Source of the DNA: Bacteroidota bacterium
GTDB lineage: Bacteria; Bacteroidota; Bacteroidia; M30B66
Assembly: GCA_027483445.1 (NCBI GenBank)
Contig: JAIXUS010000008.1
Location: forward strand, 60,487-124,486
Reading direction: 5' to 3'
DNA length: 64,000 nucleotides
A program made the translations under genes and the position numbers. This document shows positions 42,403-52,885 of the stretch, piece by piece (positions within the stretch are counted from its first letter, which is position 1; each line of letters begins with the position of its first letter). Under the pieces are notes generated by a model. The model did not search any database, was not told where the DNA came from, and was given only the letters and a program-made list of their open reading frames with translations.

Positions 42403-43478
42403 CCCGGGAAATTTAGTCCTAACTCCTCGCTAAGCTGTTTGAGGTCGTCGACCACCTTTGGTACCAGTGGAATTCCATGTTCGAGACGTTCGTTTTTGGC
42501 AAATCTTTCTGCATCTCCCGGAATTTGCACTGGTTGATTGGGGTGTATGGGACTGGCATTTCGGAATGTTTGAATCCAATTATCCATATGTTGAAGAAAT
42601 TCCTCTTTTGGCCTGAAGGCATCCACGCGCATAGCGCCGAAAAAATGACCGATGCCTTCGCCCACGGGATTGTTTGGAGGATCTAGAAACGCTACGAATG
42701 GAGGCACCCAGGGGCCATAGTTGGCTCCGGAAAGTACGGCGGAAAAAATATCGACAACAGCACCCAAACAGTAGCCTTTATGACTACCATGCTCTCTATC
42801 GCTACCTAATGGCAAGAGTGCCCCTCCGGAAGCCAGTTCATTGGGGTTATTGGAGTTGGCTCCTTGGGCATCCTGAATCCATCCCGAAGGGGCCAATTGA
42901 TTTTTCCGCTGGAGGATTTCCAATTTTCCGTTAGCCGCAGTGGTTGTGGCAAAATCGGCAATAAATGGAGGTTCGGATGCTGCCGGAATTGCGAAGGCCA
43001 TGGGATTGGTTCCAAGCATGCGGCTGAGGGAAAACGTTGGGGCTACAAGTGGCGAGGCATTGGTCATTGCTATTCCAATCATATCATGAGGTAGTGCCAT
43101 TGCGGCATGGTAACCGGCTATACCAAAGTGGTTAGAGTGTTTTACGGCCACCCATCCGGTTCCGGCCGTATTGGCTTTATGGATGGCAATTTCCATGGCC
43201 TTTGGTGCAGAAACTAGCCCCAGGGCCCCATCCGCATCGACAGTTGCAGTAGAGGGGCTTTCATGGATAATCCGAATGTGAGGGGTGGTGTTAATGCGAT
43301 TTTTTTTGAATAGCCGAACATACCCACTGAGTCGGGCAAGACCATGTGAATCGACCCCGCTAAGGTCTGCTGCAAGCAGAACATTTGCAGCAGTTTGCGC
43401 ATCGGTATCGTTACATCCAATAGCTTGAAAAGCGGTTTTGGCAAAAATTAACAGATCGTGGTATGGGAATGTATTCAT
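42399..43478 (-). CDS. Ldh_2 family (malate/L-lactate/ureidoglycolate dehydrogenase type 2) oxidoreductase
   Basis: It has the conserved 'DSHG' and 'HFGIAG' motifs of the Ldh_2 family. The start is chosen at the internal 'MNTFPYHDL' and not verified at nucleotide level; the listed ORF begins at 43505. Confidence 0.75.
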   Translation of the reverse strand: MNTFPYHDLLIFAKTAFQAIGCNDTDAQTAANVLLAADLSGVDSHGLARLSGYVRLFKKNRINTTPHIRIIHESPSTATVDADGALGLVSAPKAMEIAIHKANTAGTGWVAVKHSNHFGIAGYHAAMALPHDMIGIAMTNASPLVAPTFSLSRMLGTNPMAFAIPAASEPPFIADFATTTAANGKLEILQRKNQLAPSGWIQDAQGANSNNPNELASGGALLPLGSDREHGSHKGYCLGAVVDIFSAVLSGANYGPWVPPFVAFLDPPNNPVGEGIGHFFGAMRVDAFRPKEEFLQHMDNWIQTFRNASPIHPNQPVQIPGDAERFAKNERLEHGIPLVPKVVDDLKQLSEELGLNFPG

Positions 43479-43614
43479 GGATTTGGAATAAAGCCTTATT
43501 AACAAAACACTCTTATTAAATTAAATTTCGGCTTTGTGGACGCAAATATATATTTTAGCGTTCTTGGCTGTTGCTGCTTCGGTGCAGCTATTCTATGAAC
43601 CAAAACAAGACACT

Positions 43615-43914
43615 ATGAAAATTAACATTCAGTCGGTACATTTTGATGCCGACAAAAAGTTGCTCGATTTCATTGAAAACAAGCTCGGTAAATTGTCGAG
43701 CCATTACGATAGCATTATTGAATCGGAGGTGACCTTGCGGCTGGATAAGGCTACGAACAACGAGAATAAAATTGCGGAAGTGAGGCTTAATGTTCGCGGG
43801 AATGATCTTTTTGCAAAGAAGCAATGTAAGACATTCGAAGAGGCGACTGATTTGTGTGCTGAGGCGTTGAAGACCCAATTGGAGAAGCACAAGGAGAAGA
43901 CTCGTCAGCTCTAA
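43615..43914 (+). CDS. hpf: Ribosome hibernation promoting factor (short HPF/RaiA)
   Basis: 'MKINIQSVHFDADKKLLDFIENKL...' is a sigma-54-modulation-protein/S30EA fold signature. The ATG is verified at 43615. Confidence 0.85.
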   Translation: MKINIQSVHFDADKKLLDFIENKLGKLSSHYDSIIESEVTLRLDKATNNENKIAEVRLNVRGNDLFAKKQCKTFEEATDLCAEALKTQLEKHKEKTRQL

Positions 43915-43978
43915 TAATCTGAAAAAGAAAGCATTGTTGGAACTTTACAAAATTTCTTTGATGTTTTTCTCAAAATAA

Positions 43979-44009
43979 TTTGGTGTGAATGTTTTCTTGT
44001 CTACATTTG
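43979..44009 (+). promoter_or_regulatory. Candidate Bacteroidota sigma-A promoter (TTTG ... 19 nt ... TAcaTTTG) for the tRNA-tuf operon
   Basis: The -7-like box TACATTTG at 44002-44009 and the -33-like TTTG at 43979-43982 lie about 60 nt upstream of the first tRNA. Confidence 0.35.
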
Positions 44010-44071
44010 CACACCTTTTTTGAAGGGTAGTGGTTTGTGCAAGCGAGCCAATATCAGAAAGAGAGGTAAAA

Positions 44072-44144
44072 GCCGAAGTAGCTCAGCTGGTAGAGCAGCT
44101 GATTTGTAATCAGCTGGTCGGGGGTTCGAGTCCCTTCTTCGGCT
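44072..44144 (+). tRNA. tRNA-Thr (anticodon TGT)
   Basis: A manual cloverleaf was drawn with acceptor gccgaag/cttcggc, anticodon loop ttTGTaa and T-loop ttcgagt. No CCA is encoded. Confidence 0.85.
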
Positions 44145-44176
44145 CTGTTCTTTGTAGTACTTAGTACAAGGAGGTT

Positions 44177-44262
44177 GGGGAGATAGCCAAGTGGCCAACG
44201 GCAACAGACTGTAAATCTGTCCTCTTCGGAGTTCGCAGGTTCGAATCCTGCTCTCCCCACCA
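44177..44262 (+). tRNA. tRNA-Tyr (anticodon GTA), long variable arm, CCA encoded
   Basis: Acceptor ggggaga/tctcccc, anticodon loop ctGTAaa, a long variable arm and a 3' CCA were identified. Confidence 0.85.
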
Positions 44263-44310
44263 CGAAAAAAACGGTTGGAGCTGCACTTGCCGTTGCAGCG
44301 ACAACTAAAA

Positions 44311-44386
44311 GCGGAAGTAGCTCATTTGGTAGAGCATCAGCCTTCCAAGCTGAGGGTGGCCGGTTCGAGCCCGGTCTTCCGCTCCA
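44311..44386 (+). tRNA. tRNA-Gly (anticodon TCC), CCA encoded
   Basis: Acceptor gcggaag/cttccgc, anticodon loop ctTCCaa and T-loop ttcgagc were identified. Confidence 0.85.
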
Positions 44387-44408
44387 ATTTGGTTCTTTTG
44401 AACCAGAA

Positions 44409-44480
<72 letters not shown>

Positions 44481-44539
44481 CAACCACAGCAACATCAATT
44501 AACACACACACTCAAACAAATCAAAAACAAACACTAGCC

Positions 44540-45727
44540 ATGGCTAAAGAAAAATTCGACCGTTCCAAACCGCACGTGAACATCGGTACCATTGGTCACG
44601 TTGACCACGGAAAAACTACCCTTACTGCAGCAATCACCACCGTGTTGGCTAATGCTGGTCTTTCTGAAGCCCGTTCATTCGATTCTATCGATAACGCGCC
44701 TGAAGAGAAAGAGCGTGGTATCACCATCAATACTTCACACGTTGAGTATTCTACAGCAAACCGTCACTACGCACACGTTGACTGTCCAGGTCACGCCGAC
44801 TATGTAAAGAACATGGTTACCGGTGCTGCTCAGATGGATGGTGCTATCCTCGTAGTTGCCGCTACAGATGGACCAATGCCACAAACACGTGAGCACATCC
44901 TCCTTGCTCGTCAGGTAGGTGTACCTAAAATCGTTGTGTTCATGAACAAAGTGGACATGGTTGATGACCCTGAGCTTCTTGACCTCGTGGAAATGGAAAT
45001 TCGCGAATTGTTGAGCTTCTACGAATTCGACGGTGACAATACACCTATCGTTCGTGGTTCTGCGCTCGGCGGTTTGAACAACGATGCCAACTGGGTTCCA
45101 AAGATTCTTGAATTGATGGAGCAAGTGGATACTTTCATTCCGATTCCTCCTCGTCAGGTTGACAAGCCTTTCTTGATGCCGGTTGAAGACGTTTTCTCGA
45201 TCACAGGTCGTGGTACTGTAGCCACAGGTCGTATTGAAACTGGTGTGATCAACTCCGGCGACGAAGTTGAAATCATGGGTATGCAAGATGAGAAGCTTAA
45301 GTCAACAGTTACCGGTGTTGAGATGTTCCGTAAGATTCTTGACCGTGGTGAGGCTGGCGACAACGTAGGTTTGCTCCTCCGTGGTATTGACAAGAAAGAG
45401 ATTCGCCGTGGTATGGTTATCGCCAAGCCAGGTTCAATCACACCTCACACGAAGTTCAAGGCCGAGGTTTACATCTTGAAAAAAGAAGAAGGCGGACGTC
45501 ACACTCCATTCCATAATAAGTACCGTCCACAATTTTACCTCCGTACAACGGATGTGACTGGTGAGATTACGCTTCCAGAAGGACGTGAAATGGTTGTTCC
45601 TGGTGATAACCTTACAATTGAAGTAAGCCTTATCGTTCCTGTAGCTATGGACAAAGGTCTTCGTTTCGCAATCCGCGAAGGTGGACGTACAGTAGGTGCC
45701 GGTCAGGTAACTGAGATCATCGCATAA
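44540..45727 (+). CDS. tuf: Elongation factor Tu
   Basis: The '[15 protein letters not shown]', 'DCPGHADY' and 'NKVD' G-motifs are present in a 395-aa product. Confidence 0.98.
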   Translation: MAKEKFDRSKPHVNIGTIGHVDHGKTTLTAAITTVLANAGLSEARSFDSIDNAPEEKERGITINTSHVEYSTANRHYAHVDCPGHADYVKNMVTGAAQMDGAILVVAATDGPMPQTREHILLARQVGVPKIVVFMNKVDMVDDPELLDLVEMEIRELLSFYEFDGDNTPIVRGSALGGLNNDANWVPKILELMEQVDTFIPIPPRQVDKPFLMPVEDVFSITGRGTVATGRIETGVINSGDEVEIMGMQDEKLKSTVTGVEMFRKILDRGEAGDNVGLLLRGIDKKEIRRGMVIAKPGSITPHTKFKAEVYILKKEEGGRHTPFHNKYRPQFYLRTTDVTGEITLPEGREMVVPGDNLTIEVSLIVPVAMDKGLRFAIREGGRTVGAGQVTEIIA

Positions 45728-45831
45728 TCTGCTTAAACTCATCATTAAAAGGTGCATCGACCCTTATACGGTCGTGCACCTTTTCAAAGTGTATAGCCCT
45801 CCCTTCTTTCTGAAGGCTTGAAAACAAACAC

Positions 45832-45904
45832 ACGGGTGTAGCTCAATTGGTAGAGTGGCGGTCTCCAAAACCGTAGGTTGTAGGTTCGAGCCCTGCCATC
45901 CGTG
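45832..45904 (+). tRNA. tRNA-Trp (anticodon CCA)
   Basis: Acceptor acgggtg/catccgt has one G·U pair, with anticodon loop ctCCAaa. It has the canonical position between tuf and secE. Confidence 0.8.
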
Positions 45905-45918
45905 CAAATCTGACGACC

Positions 45919-46113
45919 ATGTCAAAGATCATAACATACATCGAAGAATCGTACAACGAGCTTATTCACAAGGTAACCTGGCCAACCTGGTCAGAGTTGC
46001 AGTCATCTGCTCTGTTGGTGATGGTATCTTCTATTATAATCGCCCTGTTAATCTTCGCGATGGATTTCTCTTTCAGCAATGTGATGGAGATTTTTTACGG
46101 ACTTTTTAAATAA
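45919..46113 (+). CDS. secE: Preprotein translocase subunit SecE
   Basis: This is a 64-aa single-TM protein, 'KVTWPTWSELQSSALLVMVSSIII', in the conserved position before nusG. Confidence 0.9.
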   Translation: MSKIITYIEESYNELIHKVTWPTWSELQSSALLVMVSSIIIALLIFAMDFSFSNVMEIFYGLFK

Positions 46114-46121
46114 TATCGGGT

Positions 46122-46676
46122 GTGATGACGGAAGAAACAGCGACCTCCAAAAAATGGTATGTAGTCCGTGCCGTGAGCGGCAAGGAAAAGAAAGTCAAGG
46201 AGTATATAGACTCTGAGATTATTCGAAATAGCATTCAGGAGTATATCTCACAGGTATTGATTCCAACCGAGAAGGTTTACCAAATCCGGAATGGAAAAAA
46301 GGTGAGTAAGGAACGCAGTTATTTCCCTGGTTACATCATGATAGAGGCTCACATGGTGGGAGAAGTTCCGCATATTTTGAAGAATATTCCTGGAGTAATT
46401 GGCTTTTTGGGTGACAAAGGTCAACCCATTCCCCTTCGTCCGGCTGAAGTTAAACGTATTTTGGGAACTGTAGATGAGTTGAGCGAAAGTGATGCTGAAA
46501 TCAACATTCCGTTTATTGTGGGTGAGTCGGTAAAGGTAATCGATGGGCCATTCAATAGTTTCACCGGGACTATTGAAGAAATCAATGAAGAGAAGAAAAA
46601 ACTGGTTGTAATGGTGAAGATTTTCGGAAGAAAAACACCATTAGAGCTGAATTACATGCAGGTAGAAAAAGAATAA
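46122..46676 (+). CDS. nusG: Transcription termination/antitermination factor NusG
   Basis: The NGN domain 'KWYVVRAVSGKEKKV' and the KOW motif 'GESVKVIDGPFNSFTGTIEEI' are present. Confidence 0.95.
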   Translation: MMTEETATSKKWYVVRAVSGKEKKVKEYIDSEIIRNSIQEYISQVLIPTEKVYQIRNGKKVSKERSYFPGYIMIEAHMVGEVPHILKNIPGVIGFLGDKGQPIPLRPAEVKRILGTVDELSESDAEINIPFIVGESVKVIDGPFNSFTGTIEEINEEKKKLVVMVKIFGRKTPLELNYMQVEKE

Positions 46677-46771
46677 AGACAGTGGGTAATTGAAAGAGTC
46701 GGGTTGTCTTCTCCACGTAAAATGCTTCCCCTCCCGGCAAAATCAGTTTCCGCGATTCAATAACAAACACA

Positions 46772-47209
46772 ATGGCTAAAGAAGTAAGTGCGCTCATAAA
46801 GCTACAGGTGAAAGGCGGAGCAGCGAATCCTTCACCACCAATCGGACCGGCTCTCGGTGCGAAGGGTGTGAACATTATGGATTTCTGTAAGCAGTTCAAT
46901 GCCCGTACTCAGGATCAGCCAGGTAAGGTGTTACCGGTTCTTATTACGGTGTATGTCGACAAGTCGTTCGACTTCATCATTAAGACTCCACCGGTTGCCG
47001 TACAGTTGAAAGAAGCAGCCAAATTACAGAGCGGTTCTGCGGAACCAAACCGTAAGAAAGTTGCTACTATTTCCTGGGATGTTGTGCGTACCATTGCAGA
47101 GAGCAAAATGCCAGACTTAAATTGTTTTACGATTGAGTCTGCCATGAGCATGGTTGCAGGTACAGCACGCAGCATGGGTATTAACGTCGACGGTCAGCGC
47201 CCATTTTAA
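46772..47209 (+). CDS. rplK: 50S ribosomal protein L11
   Basis: '[28 protein letters not shown]' is the L11 signature. Confidence 0.97.
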   Translation: MAKEVSALIKLQVKGGAANPSPPIGPALGAKGVNIMDFCKQFNARTQDQPGKVLPVLITVYVDKSFDFIIKTPPVAVQLKEAAKLQSGSAEPNRKKVATISWDVVRTIAESKMPDLNCFTIESAMSMVAGTARSMGINVDGQRPF

Positions 47210-47227
47210 TCTAACAAGAACGAAGAG

Positions 47228-47923
47228 ATGGCAACACTGACAAAAAAACGTAAGGCTGTAATTGGTAAAATAGAGGAGGAAAAAGCGTATGCTCTCCTTG
47301 ACGCCGCCAAGCTTGTAAAGGAAATCACCACTACCAAATTCGATGCATCAGTTGATATCGCTGTTCGTTTGGGAGTAGATCCACGTAAAGCAAACCAAAT
47401 GGTTCGCGGTACGGTATCTCTTCCACATGGAACCGGTAAAACTGTACGCGTGCTTGTGCTTTGTACTCCCGATAAGGAAGACGAGGCAAAAGCTGCGGGT
47501 GCTGACTTTGTGGGATTGGATGAATACATTGACAAAATCAAAGGAGGTTGGACGGATGTAGACGTAATCATCACCATGCCTAGCATTATGGCTAAGGTTG
47601 GTGCATTAGGACGTGTACTTGGTCCTCGCGGCTTGATGCCGAACCCCAAAACAGGTACAGTAACTGTTGAAGTTGGAAAAGCGGTAACCGAGGTAAAAGC
47701 CGGTAAAATCGATTTCAAAGTTGACAAGACTGGTATCGTGCATGCTGCAATCGGCAAAGTGTCTTTTTCACCTGACAAACTGCATGACAATGCGAAGGAG
47801 CTTCTTCAGACAATTCTGAAGCTGAAGCCTACCAGTGCAAAAGGTCAGTATGTAAGAAGCATTTACATGTCGAGTACTATGAGTCCTTCGGTTTCGGTTG
47901 ACCTTAAGTCAATCGGTGCCTGA
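47228..47923 (+). CDS. rplA: 50S ribosomal protein L1
   Basis: The 231-aa product has the L1 family sequence and operon position. Confidence 0.97.
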   Translation: MATLTKKRKAVIGKIEEEKAYALLDAAKLVKEITTTKFDASVDIAVRLGVDPRKANQMVRGTVSLPHGTGKTVRVLVLCTPDKEDEAKAAGADFVGLDEYIDKIKGGWTDVDVIITMPSIMAKVGALGRVLGPRGLMPNPKTGTVTVEVGKAVTEVKAGKIDFKVDKTGIVHAAIGKVSFSPDKLHDNAKELLQTILKLKPTSAKGQYVRSIYMSSTMSPSVSVDLKSIGA

Positions 47924-47952
47924 TTTCACTAACCTTTTATTCTTGACCAAAC

Positions 47953-48474
47953 ATGAAGAAAGAAGAAAAAGACCAGGTGATTGAAGCACTGGTTGCAAAA
48001 TTGTCAGAAACCAAGAACTTCTACCTCACCGATACATCTGCAATGACGGTTGAAAAGACCAATAATCTGCGCAGAACGTGCTTCAAGCGTAATATCGAGT
48101 TGAAGGTAGTTAAGAACACTTTGCTAAGAAAGGCATTCGATCGCCTCGAAACAGACTACAGTGCTTTGTATCCTATTTTAAAGGGTTCTACCGCTGTTAT
48201 GTTTACTGATTCGGTGAACGAGCCAGCCAAACTTATCAAAGAAGTTCGCAGAACAGATGATAAGCCCGTGCTTAAAGGTGCTTATGTAGAGGAGTCATTC
48301 TACATTGGCGACAATATGCTCGATGCACTCATCGCCATCAAAACCAAAAACGAGGTTATCGGAGAAATCGTTGGATTGCTTCAGTCTCCTGCACGCAATG
48401 TTGTTTCGGCTCTTCAGTCGGGCGGCGGAAAGTTGGCAGGTATCGTGAAGACCCTCAGCGAAAGAAACGCTTAA
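47953..48474 (+). CDS. rplJ: 50S ribosomal protein L10
   Basis: The 173-aa product has L10 family features and position. Confidence 0.95.
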   Translation: MKKEEKDQVIEALVAKLSETKNFYLTDTSAMTVEKTNNLRRTCFKRNIELKVVKNTLLRKAFDRLETDYSALYPILKGSTAVMFTDSVNEPAKLIKEVRRTDDKPVLKGAYVEESFYIGDNMLDALIAIKTKNEVIGEIVGLLQSPARNVVSALQSGGGKLAGIVKTLSERNA

Positions 48475-48529
48475 GCTCAACCCCTTTTTTTTAATCCTTT
48501 TTTTGTACAATCTCTAAAACACAATAACA

Positions 48530-48907
48530 ATGGCAGATCTGAAAGCTTTCGCAGAACAGTTGGTTAACCTGACCGTGAAAGAAGTCAACGAACTGGCTCA
48601 AATCCTTAAAGACGAATACGGTATCGAACCGGCTGCTGCTGCAGTTGCCGTTGCTGCCCCTGCTGCAGGTGGTGGTGGTGCCGCTGTGGAAGAAAAAACA
48701 TCTTTTGATGTTATTCTTAAATCAGCTGGTGCAAACAAGCTCGCCGTAGTTAAACTGGTGAAAGAACTCACTGGTCTTGGTCTGAAAGAAGCCAAGGACC
48801 TCGTTGACGGTGCACCTAAGCCCCTCAAGGAAGGCGTAGCCAAGGACGAAGCAGAAGCGTTGAAATCGCAACTGACTGAAGCCGGAGCTGAAGTTGAAGT
48901 TAAGTAA
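48530..48907 (+). CDS. rplL: 50S ribosomal protein L7/L12
   Basis: It has an Ala-rich hinge '[18 protein letters not shown]' and a C-terminal '[18 protein letters not shown]'. Confidence 0.97.
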   Translation: MADLKAFAEQLVNLTVKEVNELAQILKDEYGIEPAAAAVAVAAPAAGGGGAAVEEKTSFDVILKSAGANKLAVVKLVKELTGLGLKEAKDLVDGAPKPLKEGVAKDEAEALKSQLTEAGAEVEVK

Positions 48908-48925
48908 TACTTCGCTCCTTCAAAG

Positions 48926-48962
48926 CAGCTTAAGACTTCAATTTTATTGAGGTCTTAAGCTG
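48926..48962 (+). terminator. Hairpin between rplL and rpoB (partial terminator/attenuator)
   Basis: The stem cagcttaagac...gtcttaagctg is followed by tttata. Confidence 0.55.
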
Positions 48963-49013
48963 TTTATACCCTTTCATCCTCAGCATTCTTTCTCAATTAA
49001 AAATCCGAGTCCC

Positions 49014-52000
49014 TTGACATACTCTAAAAAACGTCAGCAAAGGTTTACCTTCGCTAGCAACAAGTTACCAGTGGATTATCCAGATTTTCTGGATGTTCAG
49101 GTTCAATCGTTCAAGGATTTCTTTCAGCTGGAAACCACCCCTGAGAACCGCTACAATGAAGGTCTCTTTAAGGTTTTCGCTGAGAATTTCCCGATTTCGG
49201 ATGCACGAAACAATTTCGTGCTCGAATTCCTGGATTACTTCATTGACCCACCGCGATATTCCATTGAGGAATGCCTAGAGCGTGGGTTAACCTACAGCGT
49301 ACCGCTGAAGGCCAAATTGAAACTCTACTGCACCGATCCGGAGCATGAAGATTTCGAAACCATCGTTCAGGATGTGTACCTCGGTACTATTCCATACATG
49401 ACACCCAAGGGCACCTTTGTTATCAATGGTGCTGAACGTGTTGTGGTTTCTCAGCTTCATCGCTCACCGGGTGTATTCTTCGGTCAAAGCCGTCACGCTA
49501 ACGGTACTAAACTCTACTCTGCCAGGGTAATCCCATTCAAAGGTTCGTGGATTGAGTTCGCTACCGACATCAATAACGTGATGTATGCTTACATCGATCG
49601 TAAAAAGAAATTACCTGTAACCACTTTGCTTCGTGCAATCGGTTACGAAAGCGATAAGGATATTCTCGAGATTTTTGGTTTGGCCGACGAATTCAAAGTC
49701 AGCAAAACCTCCATCAAGAATGCCGTTGGACGCAAACTCGCCGCCAGGGTCCTCAAGACCTGGATTGAAGACTTCGTTGACGAAGATACTGGTGAAGTAG
49801 TATCCATCGAAAGAAATGAGGTGATTATCGATCGCGAAATCGTGATTGAAAAGGAACATCTCGATCAGATTCTGGAGTCTGGCGTAAAATCAATCATCCT
49901 TCACAAGGAAGATATTAATGCCGCAGACTACAGCATTATCTACAATACTTTACAAAAAGATACCTCTAACTCCGAAAAGGAGGCTGTTGAGCACATCTAC
50001 CGCCAGCTTCGTAATGCTGAGCCGCCTGATGAAGAAACCGCAAGGGGCATCATTGATAAGCTCTTTTTCTCCGACAAGCGCTATGATCTTGGTGATGTTG
50101 GACGTTATCGAATTAACAAGAAGCTTAATCTAACCACGCCTGAAGATGTGCGGGTTTTGACCAAGGAGGACATCATTTGCATAATTCGTTATCTAATCGA
50201 GTTGATTAACTCGAAGGCCGATGTGGATGATATCGACCACTTGTCGAACCGCCGCGTGAGAACAGTGGGTGAACAGCTCTACGGTCAATTTGGTGTTGGG
50301 CTTTCCCGTATGGCTCGTACAATTCGCGAACGGATGAATGTACGTGACAATGAGGTTTTCACGCCAACAGACTTGATTAATGCGAAAACACTCTCGAGCG
50401 TAATTAATTCCTTCTTTGGTACCAACCAGCTGAGCCAGTTTATGGATCAGACCAATCCATTGTCGGAAATTACGCACAAGCGACGTTTGTCGGCACTTGG
50501 ACCTGGAGGTCTTTCCCGAGAGCGAGCCGGCTTCGAAGTTCGAGACGTTCATTATACGCATTACGGTCGTTTGTGTACCATCGAAACCCCTGAAGGTCCA
50601 AACATCGGTCTGATTTCTTCACTCTGCGTTTTTGCAAAAATCAATAAGCTTGGATTTATCGAAACGCCTTACTATACCGTTACTGACGGGAAGGTAGATA
50701 TCGATAAACCTATGATTTATCTCTCCGCGGAGGAAGAGGAAACCTCAATCATCGCTCAATCAAAGACCGATCTCGATGAGAAGGGGAATTTTGTTGATCA
50801 TCGCGTGAAGGCGCGTTTTGCTGGCGACTTCCCCGTGGTTGAGCCTAAAGAGATCAAGTTGATGGACGTAGCTCCAAACCAGATTGCTTCGATTGCGGCT
50901 TCTCTCATTCCTTTCCTTGAGCATGACGATGCGAACAGAGCGCTGATGGGGTCGAATATGATGCGTCAGGCGGTTCCGTTACTTCGTCCGGAAGCTCCAA
51001 TTGTGGGTACTGGTTTGGAAGGTGCAGTTGCTCGCGACTCTCGGGTATTGATTAATGCTGAGGGTGAGGGAGTTGTTGAATGGGTAGATGCCAACGAAAT
51101 CGTAATTCGATACAACCGCACTGAAGACGAGCGTCATGTGAGTTTTGAAGATGACATTCGTACTTACCGACTCACAAAATTCCGCAAGACTAACCAGAAT
51201 ACAACCATTAACCTCAAGCCGATTGTTGCAAAAGGTGATAAAGTTGTTGAAGGTCAGGTGCTTTGCGAAGGTTATGCCACTCAAGGTGGTGAGCTTGCTT
51301 TAGGAAGAAATCTTAAAGTGGCCTTCATGCCTTGGAAAGGGTATAACTTCGAGGATGCAATTGTTCTTTCTGAGCGCATTGTTCGCGAAGATGTATTTAC
51401 CTCTCTGCATATCGAGGAATTTATTCTTGAAGTTAGGGATACCAAGCGCGGATTGGAGGAATTAACTTCCGATATCCCGAATGTGAGCGAGGAAGCGACA
51501 AAAGATTTGGATGAACATGGGTTGATTCGCATCGGTGCGGAAGTAAAACCAGGAGATATCCTTATCGGTAAAATCACCCCTAAAGGTGAAAGCGATCCTT
51601 CCCCAGAAGAAAAGCTCCTTAGAGCAATCTTCGGCGACAAAGCCGGTGATGTGAAAGATGCTTCATTGAAGGCACCACCATCTTTGAATGGTGTGGTAAT
51701 CGACAAGAAGTTGTTCTCTCGCGTCATTAAAGATCGTAAGGCAAAGACAGAAGAAAAGCCAACCTTAGCTAAGATTGATGCTGAGCGAGACAAGGATTTG
51801 GCTGAACTTAAAAATAAGTTGATTGAAAAGCTTTTCCAGATAGTGAATGGGAAGACTTCTCAAGGCGTTTACAATAACTTCAAAGAGGAGATTGTACCGA
51901 AAGGAGCCAAGTTTACTGTGAAAATGCTTCAAGGCATCGATTACAGTACGGTTAATCCGAGCAAGTGGACAACAGACAAGGACAAGAACAACCTTATCAA

Positions 52001-52826
52001 GCAGTTGCTCAATAACTTCCTGATTCGCTACAACGATATCAATGGTATCGCGAAGCGAAAGAAGTTCGCTGCAACTGTTGGTGATGAACTTCCTGCCGGC
52101 ATTGTTCAATTAGCCAAGGTTTACATTGCCAAGAAGCGAAAGCTTAAAGTGGGCGATAAGATGGCCGGTCGTCACGGTAATAAGGGTATTGTAGCCCGTA
52201 TAGTTCGTGATGAGGAAATGCCATTCCTTGAAGATGGAACGCCTGTCGACATCGTGTTAAATCCTCTTGGTGTACCTTCCCGAATGAACCTTGGTCAGAT
52301 TTATGAGACCGTTTTAGGTTGGGCAGGTAAAGAATTGGGGATGACCTTTGCGACGCCAATTTTCGATGGTGCAACGATTGATGAAATCAACGGATACACT
52401 GAAAAGGCGAATGTTCCTAAATTCGGACGTACCTTCCTTCGTGATGGAGGTACGGGCGATAAGTTCGATCAACCGGCCACCGTGGGTATCATTTACATGA
52501 TGAAACTCGGCCACATGGTAGATGACAAGATGCACGCTCGTTCAATTGGTCCTTACTCGCTCATTACGCAGCAACCACTTGGTGGTAAGGCTCAGTTTGG
52601 GGGCCAGCGTTTCGGTGAGATGGAGGTTTGGGCACTCGAAGCCTTCGGTGCAGCCAACATCTTACAGGAAATCCTTACCGTGAAATCGGACGATGTAATT
52701 GGACGCGCCAAGGCTTATGAAGCCATCGTTAAAGGCGACAATATGCCAACGCCGGGAATACCGGAATCATTCAACGTATTGTTGCATGAGCTCCGTGGCC
52801 TCGGATTGAAAATCACTCTCGACTAA
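49014..52826 (+). CDS. rpoB: DNA-directed RNA polymerase subunit beta
   Basis: All conserved beta regions are present over 1270 aa. The apparent TTG start at 49014 has no upstream in-frame ATG. Confidence 0.97.
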   Translation: MTYSKKRQQRFTFASNKLPVDYPDFLDVQVQSFKDFFQLETTPENRYNEGLFKVFAENFPISDARNNFVLEFLDYFIDPPRYSIEECLERGLTYSVPLKAKLKLYCTDPEHEDFETIVQDVYLGTIPYMTPKGTFVINGAERVVVSQLHRSPGVFFGQSRHANGTKLYSARVIPFKGSWIEFATDINNVMYAYIDRKKKLPVTTLLRAIGYESDKDILEIFGLADEFKVSKTSIKNAVGRKLAARVLKTWIEDFVDEDTGEVVSIERNEVIIDREIVIEKEHLDQILESGVKSIILHKEDINAADYSIIYNTLQKDTSNSEKEAVEHIYRQLRNAEPPDEETARGIIDKLFFSDKRYDLGDVGRYRINKKLNLTTPEDVRVLTKEDIICIIRYLIELINSKADVDDIDHLSNRRVRTVGEQLYGQFGVGLSRMARTIRERMNVRDNEVFTPTDLINAKTLSSVINSFFGTNQLSQFMDQTNPLSEITHKRRLSALGPGGLSRERAGFEVRDVHYTHYGRLCTIETPEGPNIGLISSLCVFAKINKLGFIETPYYTVTDGKVDIDKPMIYLSAEEEETSIIAQSKTDLDEKGNFVDHRVKARFAGDFPVVEPKEIKLMDVAPNQIASIAASLIPFLEHDDANRALMGSNMMRQAVPLLRPEAPIVGTGLEGAVARDSRVLINAEGEGVVEWVDANEIVIRYNRTEDERHVSFEDDIRTYRLTKFRKTNQNTTINLKPIVAKGDKVVEGQVLCEGYATQGGELALGRNLKVAFMPWKGYNFEDAIVLSERIVREDVFTSLHIEEFILEVRDTKRGLEELTSDIPNVSEEATKDLDEHGLIRIGAEVKPGDILIGKITPKGESDPSPEEKLLRAIFGDKAGDVKDASLKAPPSLNGVVIDKKLFSRVIKDRKAKTEEKPTLAKIDAERDKDLAELKNKLIEKLFQIVNGKTSQGVYNNFKEEIVPKGAKFTVKMLQGIDYSTVNPSKWTTDKDKNNLIKQLLNNFLIRYNDINGIAKRKKFAATVGDELPAGIVQLAKVYIAKKRKLKVGDKMAGRHGNKGIVARIVRDEEMPFLEDGTPVDIVLNPLGVPSRMNLGQIYETVLGWAGKELGMTFATPIFDGATIDEINGYTEKANVPKFGRTFLRDGGTGDKFDQPATVGIIYMMKLGHMVDDKMHARSIGPYSLITQQPLGGKAQFGGQRFGEMEVWALEAFGAANILQEILTVKSDDVIGRAKAYEAIVKGDNMPTPGIPESFNVLLHELRGLGLKITLD

Positions 52827-52834
52827 ATTAAGTG

Positions 52835-52859
52835 CCTCCCGGTTCAAAAAGCCGGGAGG
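52835..52859 (+). promoter_or_regulatory. rpoB-rpoC intergenic hairpin (attenuator-like)
   Basis: cctcccgg-ttcaaaaag-ccgggagg is followed by attttcac. Confidence 0.45.
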
Positions 52860-52885
52860 ATTTTCACTTCAAGCACCTTTCAAAT